Source: Candidatus Cloacimonadales bacterium (GTDB lineage Bacteria > Cloacimonadota > Cloacimonadia > Cloacimonadales > JAIOQZ01). From it: DNA of 64,000 nt. The notes under the pieces were generated by a model. The model was not told where the DNA came from. It did no database searches and was given only the letters and a program-made list of their open reading frames with translations. Made by a program: the position numbers and the translations under genes. Every line of letters begins with the position of its first letter. Position 1 is the first letter of the stretch. Location of the stretch: NCBI GenBank assembly GCA_963665815.1, contig OY762463.1, positions 480,001 through 544,000 on the forward strand, written 5' to 3'. Positions 49,937 to 61,234 of this stretch are shown one piece after another.

Positions 49937-51967
49937 TTATTTCAGTAATACCATTTTTTTGATTAGTTGCTTACCTCTATTGGTTTCTGCCTTAATAAGA
50001 TAAATTCCATTGGAAACAGACTTATTATGTTCATCCTTACCATTCCATTGAACAGATTTCACAACTGAATTTTCTGAATGAGTAATAGTTTTAATAAGCT
50101 GGCCCTTAATATTATAAATTTTAATATCACCCCTGAGTGATTCGTTTCTACCCGTTGAAGAAAATGATATATTGAGTAGATTAGATTTTCCGGTACAGAA
50201 AGGATTAGGATAAAGACTAAGCTTGGATATTGAATTCTCAATGTCATTATTAACAGTACTTGTTCCGTTCACATATACTTTTTGAAAACCGTTTTCCGGG
50301 TATGAAGTGAAATTAGGTGGAGTACCGTTATCCGCAGTATGAATTCTATAGAAAAGGGAATCTGCTTCGTTCGGAGGGGAATCAAAAGTATATGTCCAGG
50401 TGTTTGCATCCTGTTGTATAAACTGTGCATATTGTGCAATACCGACTGTCTTGTATTCTATAAGCACGGTTGAAACAAATCCGTCATCTTTAACATCTGC
50501 AGTTAATGTATAGGGGAAATCTGTGGCGGAAATTACTGTATCCGGTGTATGGTTGATTACGGGTCGCATAATATCATTAGTAATTGTGAAAGCAAACGGA
50601 TCGATACTGCCCATAACAGGAAGATTTACACTTCGTCCGGACATATCTGCAGCATGAATATAGTAATATACAGTTGTTCCAAGAGGTTGAGCAGGGATTT
50701 GACCTCTATATGTATCTTCGTTATGATAACTCATTTGTACAGGCTGATAAGTATCATTATAAGCTGTCTTATAATATACAAGAAGAGAATCCGTATAAAG
50801 ACTATAACCACTGTAAGCAATAATCTCAGCATCAATAATTATGTCGGAACGTGTAACATCAACAGTTGTCTGAGGCATATGTCCAATATGAAGCATGTAT
50901 TTATCTGGAACTTCATGAGTTCTACAGTGAAGAGCATCAGTGCTTCTCCAGGCAATAGTTCCGCTGCTGTAGTATCCCCGCACGTGATAACCGGGCATTG
51001 CCATTCTGTAGACGTTAAGAGCAATTGAATCCTCAGCTGTATCTGTAAGAGGAACATAAACATTATTGTTAAGTATCAGCGAGTTTGTATATGGTTCATC
51101 ATTATTTGTATTTACACGAAATATCCTATAAGGTGTCCCATAACAGGAGAGAGTATTCAGGAAATAGTTATATGTGTTTTCAAGCTCTTGAAACTGGGAG
51201 TGTGTGGGACTGACTGACCTGAGTAGAATTTTATCAGGTGCCAGGAATTTTCCCCAGCAGTCGATGTGATCAATATATGTGTTATTCGGATCGCTTATAG
51301 TAAAATATCTTGTAGTACCAAGATATTGGGCAAGACGATTTTTAATCTCCAATTCATTCATATGAGGATTTTCATTAATTACCAGATCGGAAGATGCACC
51401 GGTTGATACACCATCATTCATATAGTTTCCACCTGTGTGAATGATATCCATTCCGTACATATCAAGTGTGTCCGCAGTGGCAAAAAAGGGAGGAAAATCA
51501 TTATCAAGTGGACGGTATGTTCTGTTATAGGGGAAATCCACAACAGCAACTTCATTGTTGCCGTCAACAACGAAGAAAGGACCGAAATCCCTTGTCCAGT
51601 ATGAATTAGTATTATAAATAAGGAATTCGCAATTACTCATATTGATTCCATTATCTGTTAATTGAGTATCTGCGATCTGCCTTGTACTCTCATCTTCAAC
51701 AGCAATAATCAGTTTTGTATCATTTGCCAGGTCGTTAATCAGCTCCATGGGTATTCCAAAGGGATATGCTATTATAACAGCTGACATCTGCTCGAACTCT
51801 GCAACAGGTCGTACAGGTGATGCTGGAGGTTGAGTTTCATTAAAATCTCTTCCTATAAGGTAACGGTCTCTTTCCTCAGCTTCTGTCATGCGATGAGGAA
51901 AAGCAAATTGAGCGAAAACTGTGCTGCAAAACACAAAAAACATAAATATAGATATAATTCTCTTCAT
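49937..51967 (-). CDS. Secreted agmatine/peptidyl-arginine deiminase family protein with FlgD-Ig/T9SS-like CTD
   Basis: AEFE, WTRDFGP, GGNYM.DG, HIDCW, YTNSL, DALHCRT; YPNPF...GIYLIK CTD. Confidence 0.9.
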   Translation of the reverse strand: MKRIISIFMFFVFCSTVFAQFAFPHRMTEAEERDRYLIGRDFNETQPPASPVRPVAEFEQMSAVIIAYPFGIPMELINDLANDTKLIIAVEDESTRQIADTQLTDNGINMSNCEFLIYNTNSYWTRDFGPFFVVDGNNEVAVVDFPYNRTYRPLDNDFPPFFATADTLDMYGMDIIHTGGNYMNDGVSTGASSDLVINENPHMNELEIKNRLAQYLGTTRYFTISDPNNTYIDHIDCWGKFLAPDKILLRSVSPTHSQFQELENTYNYFLNTLSCYGTPYRIFRVNTNNDEPYTNSLILNNNVYVPLTDTAEDSIALNVYRMAMPGYHVRGYYSSGTIAWRSTDALHCRTHEVPDKYMLHIGHMPQTTVDVTRSDIIIDAEIIAYSGYSLYTDSLLVYYKTAYNDTYQPVQMSYHNEDTYRGQIPAQPLGTTVYYYIHAADMSGRSVNLPVMGSIDPFAFTITNDIMRPVINHTPDTVISATDFPYTLTADVKDDGFVSTVLIEYKTVGIAQYAQFIQQDANTWTYTFDSPPNEADSLFYRIHTADNGTPPNFTSYPENGFQKVYVNGTSTVNNDIENSISKLSLYPNPFCTGKSNLLNISFSSTGRNESLRGDIKIYNIKGQLIKTITHSENSVVKSVQWNGKDEHNKSVSNGIYLIKAETNRGKQLIKKMVLLK

Positions 51968-52582
51968 AGTTTCTCCTATGTCAAACTTAGATATGATTAC
52001 ATAAATTGAAAAGAGTTTTTTTTAATTGATTGTTTTTTCTTTTTTTTTAAAAAAATATTTTTTTGGAATAACTATTGCATATTAGATTAGGCAGAAGGGT
52101 ACTGTAAACACGGGAGCAGAATCTACAAAAAGTTTGTTCTCGTTTTAAAAATGTGCTTTATTAGTCGGGTAAGAATAATGCACAGCATTCTGCCTCAGTT
52201 TCTGAAATTCATCCTTTGGATGTTTTTCAGAGGCTGACAATGTTACTACTTATAGATTAACTTCCACAAAATACAATAATAATATCGAGATCATTGTATA
52301 ATCAACTAAAAGCGAACACTTTTGCTATATTGGACATCTTGCAGGTACTGTATACTTTGTGTACAACTATTGACAATTAAATATTGAAAATCTTTGTGAG
52401 ATAAACCATATAATACAATACCAATGAATTAACATAAAAGAAATGTATATACTGCAGGTATATTAATAATTTTTTCAATTGATTTATCATGTATTTGACA
52501 TATTTGGATTTTCCCTCCTTGACATTACACCATGAATTATTATAAAAGAATTTCAAATTCTAACCACACTTAAGGATGTATA

Positions 52583-54625
52583 ATGAAAACACTGATTTTA
52601 GCAGAGAAGCCTAGCGTAGGTAAAGAGATTGGACGTGTTCTAAACTGCAGAAGCAGGGGGAAAGCCTTTATGGAAGGAAACACCCATATTGTAACCTGGG
52701 CAATGGGGCATCTTGTAGAACTTGTTGAACCGCACTATTATGATGCTAAATATAAAAATTGGAATCTTGATGACCTGCCAATAATTCCTGAAAAGATGAA
52801 ACTGCGAGTAATGAGGAAAACATCACATCAATATAAGTCTGTTTCTTCTCTTATCAAAAGAAAGGATGTAAATGAAATAATCATTGCGACTGATGCTGGT
52901 AGGGAAGGAGAGCTTGTTGCTCGCTGGATTCTTAAACTTTGCGGAAACAGAAAGCCAATTAAGAGACTCTGGATTTCTTCCCAGACAGATAAAGCAATTA
53001 AAGACGGGATGAACAACCTACAGCCAGGTGAAAATTATATGGGATTGTTCCGAGCAGCAGAATCTCGGGCTTATGCAGATTGGATTGTAGGTCTAAACAT
53101 TACCAGAGCATTAACATGCAAACATGATTCTCAGTTGAGTGCTGGCAGAGTACAGACTCCAACTCTGGCAATGATGGTTCAAAGAGAGGAAGAAAGAAAG
53201 AATTTTGTCAGTAAGAAATACTGGAAACTTTATGCCGATATAAACGGTTTAAGATTCCATAGAGTGAATAGTAAGAACTCAGCAACATCATTCGATTGTG
53301 ATAAGCTTCTTGCTGTTAAAAACAAGTGTAAAGATTCAGGAGAATTCAAGATAACTGAGTTTACCCAGAAAAAAGTCAGAAAACAACCGCCATTAGCTTA
53401 TGATCTTACGGAACTTCAGAGAGACGCAAACAAGCTGTTCGGATTTTCTGCAAAGAAAACACTTTCCTGTGCCCAGACTCTGTATGAAAGAATGAAGCTG
53501 ATTACATATCCCAGAACGGACTCGCGCTGTATAACTGATGATATGGTCGCAACCCTTAATGAAAAACTTACAGCCTTAACCGTGTATCCAGGAACCTCTA
53601 AAGCATCGAAAAAACTGTTAAGCGATGGCTATATTAAAAGAAAAAGTTTTATAAACAATGATAGAGTATCTGATCACCATGCACTTTTGCCAACTGAGAC
53701 AAAACCTCACTTTTCTTCAGGAGATAATGATGAGAGAAAAATCTATGAACTGATTGCATTCCGATTTCTGGCTGTATTGTCTGAAGATGCTGTTGTAAGT
53801 AAGATAAGTGCTTCTGCTGAATGCTGTGGTGAGAAATTTACATTTTCAGACCAGATTGTCATGGATAGAACCTGGATGGATCTTCCTCATCAGGATAATT
53901 CCTCGGTGTCTGTTAAAAGAGTCTCTCTTAAACCGGGACAGACAATAAAAGCATCCCGCATAGAGACGTCTGAGCATGAGACTGAACCTCCACCAAGATA
54001 TACTGAGGCAACACTGCTGACAGCTATGGAATTCTGTTCCAAGTTTGTAAAGAATCCGAAACTGAAAGAAAAGCTGAAGGGTACAGGACTGGGAACTCCG
54101 GCAACAAGAGCAGATATTATAGAAAAGCTCATAAGTAATCATTATGTAGAGCGTGATGGTAAGCAGCTTGTTCCTACAGGTAAAGCAAGTGAATTTATAA
54201 GGATTGCTCCTGAAGAACTTGTTTACCCGGATTTAACTGCTATATGGGAGAATCAGCTTGATTTGATTGCAAAGAGCAAAATGGATTCACGGAAGTTTCT
54301 TGATGAAATAAAGCAAAGAACTGTCGATATTCTTATCGGTGTTAAAAAGAATGATGTTAAGTTTGTACCGGATAATCTTTCAAAACAGAAATGTCCTGTA
54401 TGTGGTAAAAATTTGATGTTTGTACAGAAGCGAAACAAGAAAGTTCTGATTTGTCCTGATGGACGTTGTGACTATAATGGTGAAAAGCAACAGGAAGGTA
54501 TGAGATCCGGAAGAAAGTCAAAGAAACAGTTTAAACAGGATAAATATCTGGTTAGTAAATACGGAAAACAGAATCAGCAGACTGAAACTCTTGGCGATCT
54601 GTTCGGAGATCTGTTCGATGATTAG
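52583..54625 (+). CDS. topB: DNA topoisomerase III
   Basis: AEKPSV, ATDAGREGE, RLWISS, SAGRVQTPT, ITYPRTDS, DHHA, GLGTPATRA. Confidence 0.93.
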   Translation: MKTLILAEKPSVGKEIGRVLNCRSRGKAFMEGNTHIVTWAMGHLVELVEPHYYDAKYKNWNLDDLPIIPEKMKLRVMRKTSHQYKSVSSLIKRKDVNEIIIATDAGREGELVARWILKLCGNRKPIKRLWISSQTDKAIKDGMNNLQPGENYMGLFRAAESRAYADWIVGLNITRALTCKHDSQLSAGRVQTPTLAMMVQREEERKNFVSKKYWKLYADINGLRFHRVNSKNSATSFDCDKLLAVKNKCKDSGEFKITEFTQKKVRKQPPLAYDLTELQRDANKLFGFSAKKTLSCAQTLYERMKLITYPRTDSRCITDDMVATLNEKLTALTVYPGTSKASKKLLSDGYIKRKSFINNDRVSDHHALLPTETKPHFSSGDNDERKIYELIAFRFLAVLSEDAVVSKISASAECCGEKFTFSDQIVMDRTWMDLPHQDNSSVSVKRVSLKPGQTIKASRIETSEHETEPPPRYTEATLLTAMEFCSKFVKNPKLKEKLKGTGLGTPATRADIIEKLISNHYVERDGKQLVPTGKASEFIRIAPEELVYPDLTAIWENQLDLIAKSKMDSRKFLDEIKQRTVDILIGVKKNDVKFVPDNLSKQKCPVCGKNLMFVQKRNKKVLICPDGRCDYNGEKQQEGMRSGRKSKKQFKQDKYLVSKYGKQNQQTETLGDLFGDLFDD

Positions 54626-55787
54626 CTCTGTTACGGAGATTACTTCCGCTCAGGCTCGGAGTCTTGCTATCAATTCACAGAAGCTTTATGGAAACATCAA
54701 AGCAGATAAGATGAGTATTCTGGAGTTGATTAAGGCTCTTGGTTATGTTCAGATTGATACGATAAATATTATTAACAGGGCTCATCATCATACTTTGTTT
54801 ACAAGAACCAATGGATATTCACCAGCATATCTTGATGAGTTACTGAGCAGAGATAAATCTGTTTTCGAGTTCTTTGGACACGCTTTGTCTTATCTGCCAA
54901 TGGAAGATTACAGATTTTACAGTAGGAGAATCAGGGAGTTCCCCACTAAAGCATGGGAGAAGCAGTGGCTGAAAGAAGCTGAACCATATATTGATAAAGT
55001 GCTTCAAAGAATAAAGGATGATGGTCCACTTGGTATCAAAGACTTCAGCAAAGTAAGAGGAGATAAACAGACCATCTGGACATACAGTCCGATTAAAGTA
55101 GCCTTGGAGACACTCGTCTGGCGAGGTGATCTGATGATTGATCGACGTGATAATTTTCAGAGAATTTATAACTTAACTGAACGGATTATTCCTGAAGATA
55201 TTAATGCTTCTAATCCTGATGATTTGGAAATGGGGATTTTCTTTGTGCGAAAAACACTATCTGCTCATGGTATTCTTACTGCGAAGGAAATGGAAAAATT
55301 TGTAAATATTAATGCAAAGAAGATCATAAAAGCAGGTATTGCACATCTTATAAACAGTGGGGAAGTTATAAAGGTCAGGCTTGAAGGTGATACTACTGAA
55401 TATTTCATGCTTGAGTACAAAATGGAAAATATTGATAAACCGATTGAAAATGAAATAAGGATACTATCACCGTTTGATAATCTGATAATTATCAGAGAAC
55501 GGATTGAAAAATTGTTTAATTTCTCATACAGGTTAGAATGCTATGTACCTGAAAAGAAAAGGATTTTCGGTTACTTTGTTCTTCCTGTAATCTGGAGAGA
55601 TAAATTTGCCTTAAGAATTGATGTTAAAGCTGAACGCAAAAAGAAAGAACTTGTTATAAAAAGACTGCATAAAGAACTTCCTGAAGCTGACAGCAAGGAA
55701 TTTAAGAATATTTTTGAATATGAACTACAGAGATTCATGAAATTTCAGAATTGTGAGAAAATTGTCTGGGAGTGTGAAAATTTATAA
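54618..55787 (+). CDS. YcaQ/AlkZ-like winged-helix crosslink-repair DNA glycosylase
   Basis: VQIDTINII.RAHH, ILSPFDNL, YRLECYVP..KR.FGY.VLP; overlaps topB stop. Confidence 0.88.
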   Translation: MISSVTEITSAQARSLAINSQKLYGNIKADKMSILELIKALGYVQIDTINIINRAHHHTLFTRTNGYSPAYLDELLSRDKSVFEFFGHALSYLPMEDYRFYSRRIREFPTKAWEKQWLKEAEPYIDKVLQRIKDDGPLGIKDFSKVRGDKQTIWTYSPIKVALETLVWRGDLMIDRRDNFQRIYNLTERIIPEDINASNPDDLEMGIFFVRKTLSAHGILTAKEMEKFVNINAKKIIKAGIAHLINSGEVIKVRLEGDTTEYFMLEYKMENIDKPIENEIRILSPFDNLIIIRERIEKLFNFSYRLECYVPEKKRIFGYFVLPVIWRDKFALRIDVKAERKKKELVIKRLHKELPEADSKEFKNIFEYELQRFMKFQNCEKIVWECENL

Positions 55788-55844
55788 AAAAGACTGATGA
55801 AAAAATCACCAGTCTTAATATTTATATGATTTATTATATATGAT

Positions 55845-58292
55845 TTATCTTTTTCGTCGTTTATTACCGAAGCTTTTTCGACCTCTATCGCTGTCTTTGT
55901 CCCGATCTCGGTCTCTACCTTTGTAACCGCCACGGCTTTTGTTTTTATCTCTATCTTTGTCTCTATCTTTATAGCTGCCTCTGGATCTACTACTGTCTTT
56001 TCCTTTATAGTTCCCACGAGGTCTTCTGTTATCACCGGATCGTCCGCTATCCTGCTGAACATTATCCTGAACAAGTCCCAGATAAAGGTCATCATCTACA
56101 CGTTCAATTCTGACTGACAATCTGTCTGCAAGCCTGATCTTCTGATTTTTGCGTTTACCAATCATTGTAGCGGACTCTCTGTAGAACACATAGTAGTCGT
56201 CATTGAAATAGCTCATTGGCAGAACACCGCTTACAGGAATGTCATCCAGTTCTATAAAAAGGTTAGAGTTATTCATGCCAGTAACAAGCCCGGTAAACTC
56301 TTCTCCAACTTTGTCTTTCAGGAAGCTGAGTACATTAATTCTGTTTACGCTTCTTTCTGCTTCGTCAGCCAGTATCTCCTGTTTGGAAGCAACTTCAGCC
56401 AGATTTATCAACTCCTGCTGAGTGAACTTGGTTGTCTGAGAGTTCAACAGGAATGACTTGCATAACTGATGAATAACCAGGTCACACAAACGTCTGATAG
56501 GTGATGTAAAGTGAGTATAAGTCTCCATTGCCAGACCAAAATGTCGCTTATGCATAATGGAATACTTTGCTTTTTTCATGCTTCTGAGAATCTTTCTGTC
56601 AAATACTCTGTGGAAGTCCTGACTCGGTAATTCAGCAAGAACGTTTTGAACGGTTAAGTTCATGTTGCTGGAACGTTTAATAGGAATCTTATATGTTTTA
56701 AGCAGATTAAGGATTTCGGATACCTTTCTTTCTTCCGGATCTTCGTGAATTCTGAAGAGAGGGAAGAGAGGCTGCTTTCTTTTCAGTCTTTTTAATCGGC
56801 TCTCAAGACTCTGAGCTACAAACTCATTTGCAATAAGCATGAAGTTCTCAACCAATAGATGAGAGTCTGTTTCTTTTGATCTGGTAAGTTTACCAAGATA
56901 ACCCAGTTCGTCGAACTTGAATTCGACTTCAGGAAGATCAAAATACAGCGCGCCTTGTTTACGACGCTTCTCGGACAGTTTCTGTGAGAGCTTAAGCATC
57001 ATTTCCAGAGTCAGATAGAACTCATCCGGCACTGCTGTTTTATCTCCATCAAAGAACTTGTCTATATCCTCATATGCAAAACGATAATCCGATTTAATTA
57101 TAGATTCGTACAGCTTCTGAGCTTTTATATTGAAATCAAAGTCGAATGTTGTTTTCACGGTCATGGTCAGCTTTTCTTCATAAGGTCTCAAACTGCATAT
57201 ACCGTTGGATAACGCTTCTGGAAGCATAGGTATCACTTTACGAGGAAAATAAAAACTGTTTCCTCTGTTTACCGCTTCATGATATATAGGTGTTTCCTTT
57301 GTTATATAATGAGATACATCTGCGATGTGAACGTAAAGGTTGAAGTCATTCTCGTTAAGTTCAAGAGATATAGCATCATCATAATCCTTGGCAGAAACCG
57401 GGTCGATGGTGAATGTCTGTAAATCTCTGAAATCCTGACGCCTTTTATATTCTTCTTCAGGGATCTCAGGACTGATTTCCTGAGCGGCTTCAAGAACTTC
57501 TTCCGGGAAATCAAGAGGCAGATCATATTCTCTGATAACACTCATGAATTCAACATCTGGTTCTCCTGCCATACCGAGTATCTCTTTAACTCTGGCTCGG
57601 GGTGAAATGTTGAATTTGTGATCACCCCAGTCATAGACTTCAACGAAAGCTTTCTGGCCTGATTTTAATCCTGATTCGGGATCAAGCTGAAACGATCTAT
57701 GAACTTTTGGATTATCACAGATCAGCAGAAACTTGTTTTTATAACCTTCAATTCTGCCGGTAAAAGTGGTTTTGTGTCTCTCAAGAATATCTGTAACAAT
57801 ACCATAAGCACGTTTTTCTCCTCCACCTTTGCGGTAAAGAATTTCAACTTCAACCAGGTCGTTATGGTAAGCATTACCAACATCTTCACCTGAGATGAAA
57901 ATATCCTCGTTCTTAGTAATAACAAAGGCGAAAGAAGCATTCTTGGATAGCGGAGTAGCGTCAAATTTTCCTACTGCGATCCTGGTATCACCGGACTTGG
58001 TCATTCTTCTCTCTGTTCTGGTTAGTTTGCTTTTTTCAGCAGGTTTACTGCTTGTAAGAACTTTACTCTCTGATCTACGGTAACGTTGTTTTCCGTCTTC
58101 AGCACTGCTGAAGTATTTACGCTGCCTTTTGATTATTTTTTCCTTAACCATGCTGTTTAATGTGGTTTGAAGGTATCTGTAATCATGTTTACCAATATGC
58201 AGTATAGCAGCAAGGTCTTGCATATTGTATTTTCCAGCCGGGTTAGCATTTAGAAATCTAACTATTTTATCGGCAAATTTTTTATTATACAT
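55845..58292 (-). CDS. rnr: Ribonuclease R
   Basis: TIDP.SAKDYDDAIS, VHIADVS, HFGLA..YTHFTSPIRR, S1 domain, basic tail. Confidence 0.95.
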   Translation of the reverse strand: MYNKKFADKIVRFLNANPAGKYNMQDLAAILHIGKHDYRYLQTTLNSMVKEKIIKRQRKYFSSAEDGKQRYRRSESKVLTSSKPAEKSKLTRTERRMTKSGDTRIAVGKFDATPLSKNASFAFVITKNEDIFISGEDVGNAYHNDLVEVEILYRKGGGEKRAYGIVTDILERHKTTFTGRIEGYKNKFLLICDNPKVHRSFQLDPESGLKSGQKAFVEVYDWGDHKFNISPRARVKEILGMAGEPDVEFMSVIREYDLPLDFPEEVLEAAQEISPEIPEEEYKRRQDFRDLQTFTIDPVSAKDYDDAISLELNENDFNLYVHIADVSHYITKETPIYHEAVNRGNSFYFPRKVIPMLPEALSNGICSLRPYEEKLTMTVKTTFDFDFNIKAQKLYESIIKSDYRFAYEDIDKFFDGDKTAVPDEFYLTLEMMLKLSQKLSEKRRKQGALYFDLPEVEFKFDELGYLGKLTRSKETDSHLLVENFMLIANEFVAQSLESRLKRLKRKQPLFPLFRIHEDPEERKVSEILNLLKTYKIPIKRSSNMNLTVQNVLAELPSQDFHRVFDRKILRSMKKAKYSIMHKRHFGLAMETYTHFTSPIRRLCDLVIHQLCKSFLLNSQTTKFTQQELINLAEVASKQEILADEAERSVNRINVLSFLKDKVGEEFTGLVTGMNNSNLFIELDDIPVSGVLPMSYFNDDYYVFYRESATMIGKRKNQKIRLADRLSVRIERVDDDLYLGLVQDNVQQDSGRSGDNRRPRGNYKGKDSSRSRGSYKDRDKDRDKNKSRGGYKGRDRDRDKDSDRGRKSFGNKRRKR

Positions 58293-58301
58293 GGTTCTCC
58301 A

Positions 58302-58787
58302 TTAGTATTTTCGTAAGTTTTTAGATTCGAGCAGTTTCATTAAGGAATCTTTTTCAGCCTGATCCTTACTGAACCGTATTGATATTCCCCTGAATCTGTC
58401 AATTCGTCTTGGACGCATGAAAGTGCCCAGCATAACGCCTTTTTTATCAGCATAAAAACAGCGGAAATCAGTGAAATTTTTTTTAATTTTAGTGATTGTG
58501 TAATCAATCGTAACAGTATTATTATCTATAATATAATAAGTGGGGAAGAAGTAATTGCCAAGACTTAAAACAAAGATCAGCATTCCAAGAAGATAATAAT
58601 AAAACATGTGCCATTCAACAACTGCGATATCCCACAAAAGCCAGGCAAAGAATATAATGAAGGCTGAGAGAAAAATACTGCTCTTAGGGTAGTCAACTAA
58701 CGGGAAAGATCTCCATTCAAGAGGTTCTTCCAGTACGAATTTCTCTTTGTTATCTATTTGTTTCTTTTCTTCAGTCTTATTCGACAT
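58302..58787 (-). CDS. Small membrane protein, 2 TM + PH-like tail
   Basis: Two hydrophobic segments; operonic between yicC and rnr. Confidence 0.7.
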   Translation of the reverse strand: MSNKTEEKKQIDNKEKFVLEEPLEWRSFPLVDYPKSSIFLSAFIIFFAWLLWDIAVVEWHMFYYYLLGMLIFVLSLGNYFFPTYYIIDNNTVTIDYTITKIKKNFTDFRCFYADKKGVMLGTFMRPRRIDRFRGISIRFSKDQAEKDSLMKLLESKNLRKY

Positions 58788-59655
58788 TCTGTACAAGCTC
58801 CCTGCACTTCTCTATTTCTTCTTTGATTGTGAGAATTTGTGAAAATACTTTGCTTGAATTGAATTTTGCACTTATAGTATTGGCTTCTCTCTGCATCTCT
58901 AATAAGATGAAGTTCATCGATTTACCAATCTCAACATTTTCTACGTAAAGCTTTTCACGGAACTTCTCAATATGGTCCTTCAACCTGACAATTTCTTCGT
59001 TAATATCTGCCTTTTCAACAAATACTGCAGCTTCCAGCATGAGTCTTCTTTCTTCTTCTTCAGTAAGTGTTTTCTGTAATAATGAAGTGATCTGCGTATT
59101 ATATTTCAAGAAAATATCGTTCTTGTACTCAGGGAATTCTGATTCAATTGTATTGAGTGCACTTGTGATACGGGATAGGGAAGAGACGAAGAAATCCTGC
59201 ATTGATTCACCTTCTCTCAGTGCCATTTCCTCATGCTTCATCAAAGCAGATTCCAGATTAGTATCGATGATTCCGGTAAACTCATCGGTTTCACTATTCT
59301 GATTCCTTTCAATCAGTAAAGTCTTGTTTTCCAATATTTTCTCAATAGATATCTGCTGTGTTACATTAAGATGCTCAATAGCTGAATTGTAGAGATTCCA
59401 CAGCTTTTCGAGTTTATGCATATCTATTTCAAGGTCGGGGAGACGTTTGTCTCTGACAGTTATTCTTACTTCCAGCTTTCCCCTCTTTATATATCGGGAA
59501 ATCATTTCACGCATCTGGAACTCGTACCAGTTTAATTCTCTTGGTGTCATCAATTTCAGATCCAGGTATCTGTGATTCACAGATTTAACTTCAATATCAA
59601 GTTCATAGTTATCATCAATGTAGGAAGCTTTTCCATAGCCTGTCATACTCTTCAT
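58777..59655 (-). CDS. yicC: YicC/YloC family endoribonuclease
   Basis: MKSMTGYG, SVNHRYLD, DINEEIVRL.DH, EMQREANTI..K, REL.QNVE. Confidence 0.95.
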   Translation of the reverse strand: MKSMTGYGKASYIDDNYELDIEVKSVNHRYLDLKLMTPRELNWYEFQMREMISRYIKRGKLEVRITVRDKRLPDLEIDMHKLEKLWNLYNSAIEHLNVTQQISIEKILENKTLLIERNQNSETDEFTGIIDTNLESALMKHEEMALREGESMQDFFVSSLSRITSALNTIESEFPEYKNDIFLKYNTQITSLLQKTLTEEEERRLMLEAAVFVEKADINEEIVRLKDHIEKFREKLYVENVEIGKSMNFILLEMQREANTISAKFNSSKVFSQILTIKEEIEKCRELVQNVE

Positions 59656-59960
59656 AAGATCTCCTTAGGACATAATTCTTTTATATACAAAATAGTTACA
59701 GCCACTATTCTGTCAAAGTAAATTCGATTGATAGATTGTAATAATGATAAAATATCGGAATTCAGGTCAGTTTTGCATATATTATCCGGATATATCAGGA
59801 ACTCAGAGACTTGGTTAGTATCATCTATAAGCGAAGTTCATTGAAAGACTGTGTGGAGCCGACGTAAAATATAAAATTACAAATTATTTATGTCTCAGAT
59901 TTTCCAGATTCTTCGGAGCTCAATCTACTTATCTTACTGATAATGATAATGATGAAAGCT

Positions 59961-61005
59961 CCCTGAGTCCCGATTATGTCGGGAAAGGGAATTTGCCGTG
60001 AACAAAAGAAACGACCAAAATCACGTTTTACACACACTGTGAGCGGAGTCGAAGGGGAAAAGATACATAAAGAAAGAATAAAGTAATTAATCCGGGAAAT
60101 CAATTGTTTGCTCAATAGCAAAATTACCCGACCTCGAAAAATCGATTCTAAGCGACGATAATAATTTCCGAATGATATTAGACTCGGAATATTAAATTAA
60201 ATCCCAAAACAGCCTTAAAATCGATATTTACATTTTTACATAAAACTTGACAGCTTGCTGAGATTAACAAAACTTAATACATCTTAACCAAAAGAACCCC
60301 AAACAATTAAATAAACATATTAAAGTTTACATAATGTAGATTATAATACATTGTGACTGTTTTTAAGAAAAGGGTACCCTATTCACTTTTTTCAGTTATT
60401 TTTGCATCCATCAAAAACACGAAAGTATTGATTATCAAGTTCAATGATACATACCTTTGGAATGGTCGAAGATCTTTATCAATCATTCCCTTCTCAATGA
60501 TTCTCGAAGTGATCCTTGTGAATGGTGTAAATATGCAATGGTCGTATCGAAAACTTCTTTGAAATGTCTGAACCTTGATCTTCATGATTTTCTTGATATA
60601 ATGATTTATGATGCAAAGCATCGTTTGCAGGGAACAATAATCATTGCTCCGTCTTGTATGATTATTGATAGGAGAGATGCTGCAATGTATGAGCCTCAGT
60701 CTCAGAATTATATACCCAGCTCTACCCTATGATTCTTTTCAACAACGAAAAACATGAAAGGACACGAAAAAGAAATTGAATTATTGAAAATATGTAGCAG
60801 ATTTTCCCGATAACTCGGGACTCAAGCAGCTTAACTTACTGATAAATACCAGGATAGAAGATCCCTGAGCGGAGTCGAAGGGAAAAGACTGAGAGCAAAA
60901 GTACGATAAAATTTACTTTTTTACACAGTCTGTCAGGGAACTTTTTAACTATATCTTTATCTATAGGTTAAATCCCCGTAGTCTTGATTAAGTCGGGAAA
61001 GGGAA
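59961..61005. repeat. Cluster of short REP-like elements
   Basis: TGAGCGGAGTCGAAGGG at 60040 and CCCTGAGCGGAGTCGAAGGG at 60863; TCCCGA-N4/5-TCGGGA at 59968 and 60805; degenerate copy near 60981. Confidence 0.6.
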
Positions 61006-61128
61006 TTAATTTCAAATGAACAGAACAACATAAATGAGGTTTTACACATAGAATTAATGGGGACAACAATATCACACTATTATGGAATGTCTCTGACCAT
61101 TCCAAAGATGTTTATCCAGGTACAAAAA

Positions 61129-61203
61129 CCACCTCTTCCCTATTTTGTTTGACATTTTTATCAACTGATTGTTAATTTTGCCAAAAAGGATGTTACTATG
61201 GAT
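61129..61203 (+). repeat. 75-bp promoter/RBS/start-codon direct repeat, copy A
   Basis: 2 mismatches to 61784..61858; contains TTGACA...TGTTAATTT, AAGGA, ATGGAT. Confidence 0.88.
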
Positions 61204-61234
61204 TTGGCATACTTTATTTTTTAAGGAGTTTAAG

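Noticed and set aside
52186-52242. Long imperfect intergenic hairpin as ncRNA
   Set aside because: Single occurrence with no recognisable family motif; insufficient support.
55848-56050. Low-complexity repeat at the rnr 3' end
   Set aside because: Encodes the ordinary basic R/D/K-rich RNase R tail.
60353-60732. Short overlapping ORFs (69-91 aa)
   Set aside because: No RBS or recognisable motif; they lie in a repeat-rich decayed region.
59846-60931. MITE bounded by AGACTGTGT/ACACAGTCT
   Set aside because: Only a 9-bp inverted match, with no target duplication or transposase remnant.
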